From positions 8,622,908 through 8,686,907 of the forward strand of contig CM119263.1 of the NCBI GenBank assembly GCA_051294375.1: DNA of 64,000 nt, given 5' to 3'. The stretch comes from Paraspadella gotoi. Taxonomy: Eukaryota > Animalia > Chaetognatha. The position numbers were made by a program, and so were the translations under genes. Positions 53,037-64,000 of this stretch are shown here, in pieces. How positions within the stretch are numbered: the first letter of the stretch is position 1; each line of letters starts with the position of its first letter. The notes beneath the pieces were generated by a model. The model saw only the letters and a list, made by a program, of their open reading frames with translations. It had not been told where the DNA came from and searched no databases.

Positions 53037-53830
53037 ATAACTATCTATCTATCTAAACTATTTAGTCTCCGGTAAATTTAAAATATCTTAGATTCCGATG
53101 ACGGGCATCCAACGGGAACTGACGATCAAGAGAAAGCTAGAAATATGAAGATTCAACATTTACAAGTGATAAAGGTGATTGATTTTAATTAGATAATAGC
53201 TATAATTTTTAGTTAACACATTGATCTTTTGTTTACTTCTATCCCCAGGCTATCGTTTTGATCGTCATCGTCGTCGTCCTCATTCTTTCAACCTGCAAGA
53301 TTTTGTTCGGCCAAGTGAGTCTTTGGCACGAGTCACTTCCGGCGGAAGATATTGCCTAATTTCAATATTCTAAGTTTAATTTTATTTTCGAATACATTTT
53401 TTTTTACTCTTTAAATTTCCTTTTGAATACTGATTTTTTTTTGTTTTTGGAAAGGCCTCCTAAAAAAGGTGAAATTTTGACTCATGAATTTCTAAGAAAG
53501 GCGGTTAAATTTGGCCTTGTTTTACTTCTCTTTTTTCTCTCGTCTTGACTTTTCTTCTCGCGGCTTTTTTTTTTCAAAATCTCCTTTTCTCTTCTTTTTA
53601 ATTTTTTCATTTTTTTCTCTTCGCTTCTTTATCTTTTTCCCGTAGAAAGTTAAAATTTTAAAACATAAGTTTTAACGAATATTTATGTTTATGATTGAAT
53701 TGTTATGTATATCTCAAAATCAAAGGATGAATTAAAATCAAATTTTATTTTATTTTTCTATTCTTACCTTCAGACTCTAAAATATCAAGTGGAAACAGCA
53801 AGTATGGAAGAACTGGAGCATTGGACTTAG
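52120..53830 (+). CDS. Small type I membrane protein with Ser-rich ectodomain
   Basis: Exons 52120-52220, 52649-52857, 53092-53174, 53249-53313 and 53774-53830 encode a signal-like N-terminus, poly-Ser, TM AIVLIVIVVVLILSTC and tail TLKYQVETASMEELEHWT*. Read-through of the last donor would stop at 53359. Confidence 0.7.
52950..53055 (+). repeat. (ATCT)n microsatellite
   Basis: Directly visible, intronic. Confidence 0.95.
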
Positions 53831-54950
53831 TTTTTCTTCTATCCTTTTAACTGAATTTTGCTCACGTGAAAGTCAATCGCAGCAATTGTCCAAGTTGCAC
53901 GCAAAGTGCGCACTGAGCAACAACAGTGCTCATTCAACTTTTTGCCATAAGATTTTACAGATCTTTCCTGGGTTCCATCAGCCTTATGAATCAAAATAAA
54001 ATAAAGCCTTTGTCTCACATTTTCGGCGAGATCTACTAAATCTCACGGTTAACCGGTCACAGTACACAGAACGCACACTTTTCTTTCCTGTTGTGAACCT
54101 TTGCATGATCTATGATACGCAACACGCATGGATGTACTATTGAAAAACCGCGACGCCTTGCTACTTGAAAAAGCGATTAGCCCGTCGTAACTCGCACAGT
54201 TCTTGCTTGAGGTCGAGTCTTGGTGCCCTGTTTTATTGTCGCAAAGAATGCAATTGCAAAGTTTTTTAAAGGTCGCTGACATTAACGTGAAGCGTAGAGT
54301 TTGGGTTATTTAAAGTTCAAAAAGTTATAACCAGAGATAGTTCAATTTTCAATCTTTCACTTTTCCTAAAACTTGGTTGCTGATTAAAATATTGATTTTT
54401 TCAGTCGAATATAGTTCTAAGTTTTCTTATTTTTCTTTTTTTTTTGCCCTATTAGGCCTAACTGATTTTGTATAGATTTTTGATACTACTTTATTTAAAC
54501 CTACTGTCTTATTTGATTGATTGATTGAGTAATTGTTTAATTTATTAATTTTATCACGCATAAGTAAACGACACAAAATGTTGGTTCCCTTTTATAGTTT
54601 ATACATAATTGCTTTAAAATATTTATTAAAAATGTTATTAAATAAACAGTTTTAATGATTTAAAGAGGTGATTACTTACTTTTCGAAGCATTAATTAAAA
54701 TATATAAAATAGCTTTATATATATTTATATTTATATATAGTATATAAACGAAAAATCTATCCGACTTACTGAATAGTTTTTATGAAGTAAGGAGACCGGA
54801 TTCGCTCGACTAAATCATAGAGACAAGAGATGCTGCTAACTCAAGGTAACACGGTTGCCAAGGAAACCTTCGGTTGCCAAGGTCGGGACGAGACTAAGTC
54901 GATTGGAAATAATCACCTCTTCGCCAAGAAAGTTGCGCGTCACATGAACG

Positions 54951-56444
54951 TCACATGAACGATTCCGACAGAAAAGGAATCTCGACCACATCCGGATAAT
55001 TTCCTGCTTCTGGATCGAGATTGTTTCCCAGCGTCGAGTCCTGCCGACTTTTTAGCGGCGCCAACTGGGAATCGTTCCGCCGAACCTTCGGTCCCTTGGG
55101 AGATCGTTCAAGACGACGAACGAAAAGGATGACGATGATTACCCCGACGACGACGACGACGACGACGACGGCGATGACGAGGCTGAAAACTACGATGGTT
55201 GCGTTCATCCGTTTGTGCTCGGTTTTGTCGTCTTCGATTATATTTTTCGTCGTCGTCGTCTTCGTCGTCGTCTTCGTGGCGATCGTCGTCGTCCTCACTT
55301 CCGCCTCGCAAGACCTTACCCTCCTCCCTTCAGCCGCGACCGACCTCGACCTCACCTCCCTCTCTTCCCCTCTTCCTCCCCATCCTTCTCCTCGTCTCGC
55401 CGCTGCCAACCTGAATCTTGCGACGCCGCTTCCCTCCTCCAACCGGCGCCGCGGAACCAGAATCGACGCCGTTACTTCGTCGACGCGAGGAATGCCGGCG
55501 TCAGCGGCGCGGAACCTGAAGGCGCCGCGCCATCTCGCGGCGACGCCGTTGGCGTCGGTTCCGCAGTTGGCTTCGCAATGGGGGAAAAAGTCGCTGACGA
55601 CGACCCACAAGGACGAAGAGTCGTCGTCGTCATGGCAACCGACGAGGCAGAGCTCGAGCCAGACGTCGTAGTCTCCCAGAGAATCTGAGATCGGGAATCG
55701 GAGTTCGATATGATTTGAGAAGTTACAATAAAAATTTTTAAATAGTTATTATTAAATAGAAAAAAATGTTTCTTTTTGTATAACGGAGTAAGATTGATGT
55801 AGCACGTTTGCAACGCTTGAGAAAAACTAACAGCACGAATAATTACTGTTATTTTTCTCTCATTTTTACGTGTGTCATATTTGTGTGATATATTTTGACA
55901 ATTACAAAATAGAATTTCATTACAATTTAATGAACAGCTTCACATCAATCGAACACAAAATATTATGCCCGACGGTTTTAATTTGCTTTGATTTAGAGCA
56001 GGAAATTGTAAAAGGCGTTTCCATCCGAAAGGTAAAAATAATTTAATCAATCATCAAAAACGAATTTAATAAGGAAAATAATTTTTAAAAAACGTAATGT
56101 AAGTAAGGTCACTAACCGACCTTAGTCGGGTTGATAACATTCCATTCGGCGAAACCAAGACCGAAAGAGTTGTCGTTGTTGTCGTGGTTTTTCCCGTCGA
56201 ATACCTTGCTCCAAAAAGAATGGAGCATCACTTTTAACTCACCTCGTCCGTCTCTCTCTAAAGCGACGCCGACGTCAACGACCAAAGGAAAGGAATTGTT
56301 AAGAGTCTCGTTGGGAAGTCGATTGCAGCTGCATCGAGAAAAGAAGGGTAAGTCGGTGAGGGATAAGGAGGAGGAGAGAGGAAGAGAGAGGAGGAAGAAG
56401 ACTGGAAGATCGAGAGTCGAAATGTTCAAACGAATGACGATCAT
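54951..56444 (-). CDS. Type I membrane protein, Cys-containing ectodomain, Thr-rich stalk, poly-Val TM
   Basis: Exon 56444-56243 (signal-like; donor gag|gtgagt, phase 1) joins exon 55684-54951: DSLGDYDVWLELCLVGCH...TTTKTTTT...[31 protein letters not shown].... Confidence 0.65.
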
Positions 56445-58178
56445 TGTTATCCTTTTGTTATCGCCATTGGATCCTTTTTGTTAGATATTTATTTTAATTG
56501 TCGACGTATCTCTTTCGAGATATTCCTGGTTCCTGTTGTAGATATTTTTTTGTTTTGAATATTTTGATAATGGAGTGTCGTGTAGTTAGTAGAATAATAC
56601 AAATTTTTTTAACTTGTCGAATTTATCTTTATAGTTTGTAACTTTGTACGAAATGAAAAAAAAAACAAACAAAGAAAACGAAAAACTAGGAAGTAAGAAA
56701 ATAAAATAAAGTTCCCTTCGGACATATGAAATATCATGAAATAAATAATGAAATATCATGCTTCGATCGTTTAACCGTTAAAGTGGAAACCTGTTTATCA
56801 ATGATGACTCAGCGAAAATTTTTAAAAGTTTTAAAGCTAATTATACTTATTTAATCAAACTGAACTTTTTGCATTTATCTTCCATTATAATCATGTTTTC
56901 TTTTATTAATGCGAGTTTTTCTTTAAGACAAACGTTTCGTTTTACTTCTAGCTTAGTTAGCATGAGTTTCGAATTATACAAAAAAATGAAATCCAAAATC
57001 TTTTCGAAAATAATTTTAATCAACCTGTGAAATTAAAAAACAGACATAGTTCTCTTTGTGTGCAAACAATGCTTTTAAAGGGTGAATTCGGGGTGTTCTG
57101 TTTTAAAATCGACTGAAAGGTATCGATTAAGTTAATTAAATTACATTCAATTGATACAATTTACATTAAAAAAAGGCGAAGATCGACGAAGTGACACGTG
57201 ATACTAGTGACGAGTAAAATCGGTGATAATCGTTAATTTTTGTGATATGTGATAGCGGTGACGATTCATATCATTGACAACTGATAGAAGATCAAAAGTG
57301 AAGCCGTGATTTTCTGCTTTTTATCTTCGCGAAATTCACAACCATTTAAAAGTCACGAGCATCATGAAAAAAATTATTAAAAAGATAAAAAATTGTGTGC
57401 GTTGTTCGGTAACTTTGGACAAAAAAAATGTACATTGTGAGGTAGGGAAAGAAAACAATAGATTTCAAGCATTCTCGCTGAGCTTGAATAGCATGCTTTA
57501 ACCGGCCTCCAACAGATTAAGCTCTTGGGTATTCATCGTAAGTTTACAAAATAGAAAAAAAAAAAAAAAAACTGGATGAAAAAATGCGAAAGACTGAAAC
57601 AAAAAATGAATACATATTGATTTGATTTATGTATGTATAAAAAGATTATCATAATTAGGAGAGACGTCATATTTTTTTCTTACTCTCACCGAATTTAAAA
57701 TTTGAGAACTTTTTTTAAAATTGAAATGTTACGTTCAATTGTTTTACTTAAATAGGTTCGTGTCATTTTTTTTGGGCTGTGCGGGGTTCCACGTATTATT
57801 TTTTTTCTATTCACGTCTGAATAATCTTCTTTTTAAGCTTTTTTCGAGGTGTGCTTAAAAGACCCCCCTTCAACAATTCTCCAACGTTGTCGACTTCTTG
57901 ATATTTTTGGGGGAACTCTTTGTTACCTTATAACCTCGAGCTTTACTAAATTACATATCTTTTTGTCCCGCTCGCGCAGGATCATAATTACTTAGTGTCC
58001 AAAAAAGTTAAAAAAGTTCTTTTTTAAACTTAATTTTGCTCCGTAGTACTAATTTTTTTCTGATAACTTCCACTATCCAACACCACACCATATTCTTAGC
58101 GTCTCTCAATCTTTCTCAACTTCATATCTTCAACTTGCCAACTTTGCTCCGTTTATCCTCTTCCTCCTCATCCCCTCC

Positions 58179-60329
58179 TCATTTCTTCTGCATGAGCACC
58201 ATCTCCTCCCCACCGTTCCAGTACCAACTCCTCATGGGCTTCCGCTGCAGCGTGACCCAGTTTTCCCGCAGCAGCCGGTGCAGACTCTCGCTGCCGCATT
58301 TGGCCGCGTCCCCCATGAAGATAAGGCGATCGCCGCGGAAGCGGACCACGGCTTCGAAGGCTTCCTCCGTCGTGGGCGGCCACGAGAGAAGGAGGGTCTT
58401 GCGGTCGGAGAAGCAGTCGACGGCGTCCACTGGCTTCATCAGCTCAACCTAGGGGGGGGGGGAGTTGGAGGAGATGCAGACTGAACCTAATTCAACTGTT
58501 TCTTTTATTATCAATAATTATTTGTATGTGTTGATATTTTTATATATTAAATTGTTCTTAGTCTTATTAGGTACATCGGTTAGTATTACGTATTTTTAAT
58601 CGTTTTTGCGAGGCGGCTTCCCAACTAAATTCTACTTATCAAATAATTGATTAGTATATCAATTAATTCGACAATCGCCCGTAACAGTCATTGGTTTGTC
58701 GTTCCATGAGTTAATCTCTTTTTATGTTAAAATAATTAACTAGGAACGTTTATTTTTATAAAAAAAAACTCGTAAAAACTTCATCCACGACTGCGAGCGC
58801 CTAAACTGTGGAAGTGGCATTTGTTCGTGAAGTTCCGCCATCATCTTCGTCCTTATTCGAATACTCCCGACGTTGAAAAGTGGAAACAACATGCGCACCG
58901 CTGGTGTAGTGGTATCATGCAAGATTCCCATTCTTGCGACTCGGGTTCGATTCCCGGGCGGTGCATATTTTGCTCTCTTTTTCTTTCTCATTTTACCATC
59001 AAATATTATCTTTTCATACACGCTATTTTGCCTCCTGTCTACGGTTTTTCATATTACAAGATAATAGCATAGATAGCTAAAACTTGCAAGTTTTCAATCA
59101 AACCTTTATATAACATTTTACCGTTTAGTTGTTTTACTTCCAATGTACATCCCTTATGAATTTAATACAGTTGAATATTATTAAACTCTTTCAACTTATT
59201 TTTTAAAAAGAGTCGTCTTACTCGTCCATATTGCATGATGACGGAAGGCTTCTCGTCGGTCGGGATGACATCGACGCCGTGGATCGAACTGAGCAGAAAA
59301 GACCAGATGCCAGTTTCGGCGAAAAGCTCCAGGACCTGGGAGTCTCGCGTCTGAGAAGAGATGAAGTCGAGCAGATCTTCGGATGGCACCGCCTTGGAAT
59401 AAGTCTGGGCAAACGCCTGCGAATGGGGAAAAAGTGGAGAGAGAGAGAGAGAGAGAGAGGGGAATTAGCTGGAATCACCGATTCATCATGGCTCATCGAT
59501 TTCTTTAATCAATTATCAAGTATTTGACGACAGACAAGTTAATTGTTTAACTTTAATTAATTTAGCGCGGGAAGAGATTTTCTTCGTCAGAATTCATACG
59601 TAATTAGTTTTCCGCTCAAAACTGGTTTTTGAAATTACTGATAAATCGAAATTTGAATGAATATGACTGGTATTCTAAGTTTTCGCTACTTTAGTTCCTC
59701 CGTTTTGAAAAAAACTAAAGTGACGTTTCAAAATAAGTCTGCACCGCCCGGGAATCGAACCCGAGTCGCAAGAATGGGAATCTTGCATGATACCACTACA
59801 CCAGCGGTGCCATTGAGGGATATCTCTTACGTGTCGTAATGAATTCTCAAACAGTGATTCAATCACAACCAACATTCCCAATTGCACTCTATTTGTATGA
59901 TTTTTGCGATTGAAACAGCGAAAGTTCTATCGCTTATTTCCGCGCACGCGCTCACGCGCTCACGTGGTCACGTTTTCCTTTTATTTCCCGCGCACGAGAC
60001 TCATCGGTCTCTTTCCTCGAGATGGAAATCGATTTGTGGACGAATCGCGACCGATTTATTGATAATTCAAAAAAAAAAAAAAAAAAAAAATTTAAGAAAC
60101 AACGAATCAAATCAATTACCTAAATCAATCAGTCAACAAATGAATGAATCAATCAAATCGAATCAAATCAACCCAACCTGCGCTCTAATCCTCTCCGCCG
60201 CGACGAGCTTGGCCGAAGTATTGAACCTCCTTCCCCGGCGCACAGTCGGCCCTTCCACCTCGATGTCCGCCATGAGGTGCATCGCCTCCGACTTCTTCGT
60301 CTTCATTCGGCGGGGGAGGGGTTCGAACC
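58179..60329 (-). CDS. Class I SAM-dependent methyltransferase-like protein (uncharacterised family); 5' end unresolved
   Basis: Exons are 60329-60178, 59416-59222 and 58448-58179. They give F..TYSKAVPSEDLLDFI...VLELFAETGIWSFLL...GVDVIPTD (motif I region) and RKTLLLSWPP...GDRLIFMGD...CGSESLHRLLRENW...W, a pattern typical of small Rossmann-fold MTase-like proteins. Confidence 0.75.
58895..58965 (+). tRNA. trnG-CCC: tRNA-Gly(CCC)
   Basis: GCACCGCTGGTGTAGTGGTATCATGCAAGATTCCCATTCTTGCGACTCGGGTTCGATTCCCGGGCGGTGCA forms a full cloverleaf with anticodon CCC, followed by a T-run. Confidence 0.97.
59740..59810 (-). tRNA. trnG-CCC: tRNA-Gly(CCC), identical second copy
   Basis: Exact reverse complement of 58895-58965, with a T-run downstream on the minus strand. 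Confidence 0.97.
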
Positions 60330-60359
60330 CTGGACGGACGAGGGAGGGTGGGGGAGTGG

Positions 60360-61140
60360 GGGAGGTGGGAAGAAAAAGGGGCGGGGGGGAAGGGAAGAAG
60401 GGAGGAGAGAAAGAGAGGGAAAGAGGGAGAACAGGAAAGAGAGGGAAGAAGGAGGACAGGAAAGAGAGGGAAGAAGGGAGGACAAGAAAGAGAGAGAAGA
60501 AGGGAGGACAGGAAAGAGAGGGAAGAAGGGAGGACAGGAAAAGAGAGGGAAGAAGGGAGACAGGAAAGAGAGGGAAGAAGGGGAGGAAGGAAAGAGGGGA
60601 AGAGAGGGAAGAAGGGAGGAGAGGAAGAGAAGGGAAAAGGAGGGACAGGAAAGAGAGGGAGAGAAGGGAGAACAGGAAAGGAGAGGGAAGAAGGGAGGAG
60701 AGGAAGGAGGGAAGAAGGGAAGGACAGGGAAAGAGAGGGAAGAAAGGGAGAACAGGAAAGAGAGGGAAGAAGGGAGGACAGGAAAGAGAGGGAAGAAGGG
60801 AGGACAGAAAGAGAGAGAAGAAGGGAGGACAGGAAAGAGAGGGAAGAAGGGAGGACAGGAAAGAGAGGGAAGAAGGGAGACAGGAAGAGAGGGAAGAGGG
60901 AAGGAAGGACAAGAGAGGGAACAGAGAGGAAGAAGGGAGAGAGGAAAAGAGAGGGAAAAGGGAGGAGAGGAAAGAGAGGGAAGAAGGGAGGACAGGAAAG
61001 AGGAGGGAAGGAAGGGAGGACAGGAAAGAGAGGGAAGAAGGGAGGAGAGGAAAGAGAGGGAAGAAGGGAGGAACAGGAAAGAGAGGGAAGAAGGGAGGAC
61101 AAAAAAGAGAGGGAAGAAGGGAGGACAGGAAAGAGAGGAG
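60360..61140 (+). repeat. Polypurine minisatellite (~26-bp unit gaaagagagggaagaagggaggacag)
   Basis: ~780 bp almost free of T. It generates the spurious long ORFs at 59882-61219. Confidence 0.92.
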
Positions 61141-61883
61141 TCGGGATGAAGCGAAGTGTGTGAGATCGTAAATTAAGGAAACTGGATTCGTCGGCGGTAA
61201 AAGGTGAGAGTGAGACCAAGTGAAAATTTGGGGTTAGGGTTAAGGGAGTTAAAAAAAAAAATAATCCTTGGGAAAATGGTAATGAAGGGGAAAAAGATTG
61301 TTTAATTGTAAAAATAGTGGTGAGCGATTGAATAATCTTTTATAAGTAAAGATCGAAAATAGTCAAGCGAGAAGATGAGTCGATGGAAACGAGCTGGTGA
61401 GTTGTCCGTGACAGTACAGAGGACGACTCAACATTGTTGAAATAATTTGGGGGAAGTGGATGAGAAGATGAAAGCTTGTTGACCTCGAAACGACATTCAT
61501 CCGCTTATCATCTGCTCATCGTACGTCCGTCATCAATGAATTACATTTTTTTATCAATAATTAAACATAAGCTAAATTAATTTAAGTTACAATCCACAGT
61601 AAAAAACGTAATACAACATATTTAAAAGAATTGGAAGGTAAATTCAGTAAAAAATTATCTTAATTAAAAATTCACTCGGCTAAAAATGACCTAAGAAAAT
61701 AATTTCCGTTATCCCTTCATAGGCACTTAATTATTTAATTATTTAATTCTATCAATGTTAAAATGTTACTCAGTCAACTTTCAGCCGAACTACAATTAAA
61801 ATACAAGTGAAACTGTTTTTCGGTATTTTTTTTGCCTTCGAAAACTTCCGCAAATCGAGATATTCAAGCGACGACAAGGCTTT

Positions 61884-61936
<53 letters not shown>

Positions 61937-62468
61937 GATCCGTTCTTTTGGCTTTGAGTCGCTGAATTCGTTCGCTTCGTTGATGAATTAATCTCGTCAT
62001 CGACTGAGGCGCGTTTAAATGCAGCAGACGAAGTAAAGAACGAACTTAATAATATTAAAATTTATTTATATATTGAATAAATTAATGAAATTTGGAAAAA
62101 ATAATCAAATGCTAGCCCCGTGATAAAATAAAATAATATAAAAGAAAGACTATTGGCAAAATTAATGATTAAAACGATTTAAAAGAATTAATTGTAGAAA
62201 GAATGAATTATTAATAATGATTTATTAATAAAACTTATAGAAAAGACTAATTGTTTTGGTAGCTTGATTTTTGATTTTTGTGAATGAAGAATAAAAAAAA
62301 AAAATGTGTGCTAGTAAAAACAAAAAAAAAATCGATTGAATGATTAAAAAAAGTTTTACAACTTCAGTTGAAGACGGTGGGAGGCAAAGAAGCCTCATTT
62401 GCAGGTTCTGGCTCATGTCAACTTGAAGAAGTTTGAAAAGATGTCGGTAAGGATTATATTTTAAAATG

Positions 62469-62478
62469 NNNNNNNNNN
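62469..62478. other. Assembly gap (10 N)
   Basis: Run of n. Confidence 0.99.
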
Positions 62479-63130
62479 CAATGAAAAAAGAGCACGCAAA
62501 GCCAGTATACGAGTAACCGAAAGTGAAGTAACAAAAAAGAAGCGACACAAAATATCGAACGCGCCTCTTAGAAAATAATTTCTTTGAAATCTTCCATCCA
62601 TCCCCTCTCTTTTGTTACCCCCGCTCCATTCCCTGGCTTTCTCAAGTCTCAACCTGCTCCTATTCCGCAGCGCATGATCTTTCCCTCAGTCGGAGCGCTC
62701 GACCACGCTCGTCTCGTCGGGCGGGATTGGGACCAGGAGACGCGCTCTGGCCGAGCGGTTAAGCGGAGAGGGGGAGGGCGATTTTATGAAGAAGGTCGCG
62801 CGGTTAATTGAAGAGAAAAGGATTGTATTTAGTTGAATAGTAGAGAAAGGGTATAATAGACACGGTAGTAAAGGGTGGTCAGGAAGAAAAATGAAAATGT
62901 TACACATTAAACAAGATAACGAAGGAAAAAAAAAACAAACTAAAATTCAAGTGTTTCCCATGAATTTCCTTCTCATTGTTTTCTTAATCTGCGTTATTAA
63001 CCAGAAAAATCTTCCGTGGAAAAATATCAAATTTCGTTTTTGATGAAGACGAGAAGGTGAATTTAATCAAATAGCTTCCCTTGTGGACCAAGGTATTTCC
63101 GGTCTGGTTTATTTCTTCTCTCTCTCTCTC

Positions 63131-63217
<87 letters not shown>

Positions 63218-63608
63218 CCTCTTGGGAGAAGGATTTTTTAATTAAAAAAAAATTATCCCGCACAAAGCGATTGAAACAATATCGAAAAATTTACTATTTA
63301 TTTTTTGAGAGAAAGAAATTCAGGACAAAAATTTGGAGTGGTTCATGACAAGACGGTTAAACTACTCCCTCTTCAATTCTTCATTCATAATCATTCCGAG
63401 GGTGACCACTGACCCCAACCGCAGCAACAATCTGACCTACGGACAATTTGGACACTCGCCCCATCACTCCATGATAAAAGCCCAACAATTTTCCAGCGTT
63501 CACCTCTCGTCAGCCTCATTTCCATGTTGTAGTCGGCGCTGGGCCTTTCGCCTCTCACGACCGTCACTGTGGCCATGCTGCGTTTGATGTTTATCATCGA
63601 CCCGACGC

Positions 63609-63695
63609 GTCGGCTTGGGTCGGAGTCGGCTTGGGTCGGAGTCGGCTTGGGTCGGAGTCGGCTTGGGTCGGAGTCGGCTTGGGTCGGAGTCGGCT
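63609..63695 (+). repeat. 16-bp tandem repeat (gtcggcttgggtcgga) x5
   Basis: Perfect copies directly visible, preceded by the palindrome ccgacgcgtcgg. Confidence 0.92.
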
Positions 63696-64000
63696 GGTGC
63701 TGTGACGAACGAGCTTGCGAACGATGAGGCCAACGACGAATCGAAGGGATTGAAACAATATCGTTGTCTTCTTTTTCTTTGGCGCGAATTTAATTTCTAA
63801 ATTAATTATTTATTATCCGTTTTTAATTTTTTTATTATCAGCTAATTTTTTTAAATTGATCCGCTCCGTTTTTTTTTTGGTTTAATCCAGTATTTTTTTC
63901 TTTGGTTTTCCAGGTTTTTTTTCTTTTTATTTAATTTTCCGTCGCTTTTTTTCTTGTTATTTTAATTATTTTTTTTTCTCCCTTTTTTTCCCTAATACAT

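Noticed and set aside
59882-61219. Long overlapping ORFs (250-430 aa) on both strands
   Set aside because: They arise from a stop-free polypurine minisatellite. Only 60178-60329 (-) is exon-like.
61380-62837. Plus-strand gene from exon-like pieces (62405-62446, ~62670-62837)
   Set aside because: Interrupted by an N gap, no recognisable protein, and phases cannot be verified.
63609-63695. CRISPR-like array
   Set aside because: Contiguous repeats with no spacers, in a eukaryotic context with no cas genes.

Overview
Intron-rich, AT-rich eukaryotic (most likely invertebrate animal) genomic DNA. It is full of (GA)n/(CT)n and (GTC)n microsatellites, so most entries in the ORF track are repeat-derived noise. 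Splicing by eye recovers about 14 gene models. The recognisable ones are a voltage-sensing phosphatase ([15 protein letters not shown]), an atypical rhodopsin-family GPCR, an XK-related protein, a RING-H2 protein and a class I SAM-methyltransferase-like gene. The rest are orphan secreted or membrane proteins: a galactose-binding/discoidin-like protein, a prohormone-like precursor, a His/Met-rich type II protein and Cys-containing helical proteins. Two identical tRNA-Gly(CCC) genes lie in opposite orientation in the introns either side of the methyltransferase's frame-preserving SAM-motif exon, which is the most unusual arrangement here. Other elements are a structured ~220-bp dispersed repeat showing stem covariation, decayed duplicate acceptors in the GPCR, MITE/foldback elements and a tRNA-derived SINE. 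The ~8.7-kb tandem duplication around the 25-N gap is probably an assembly artefact. All gene models are manual and untested by searches.
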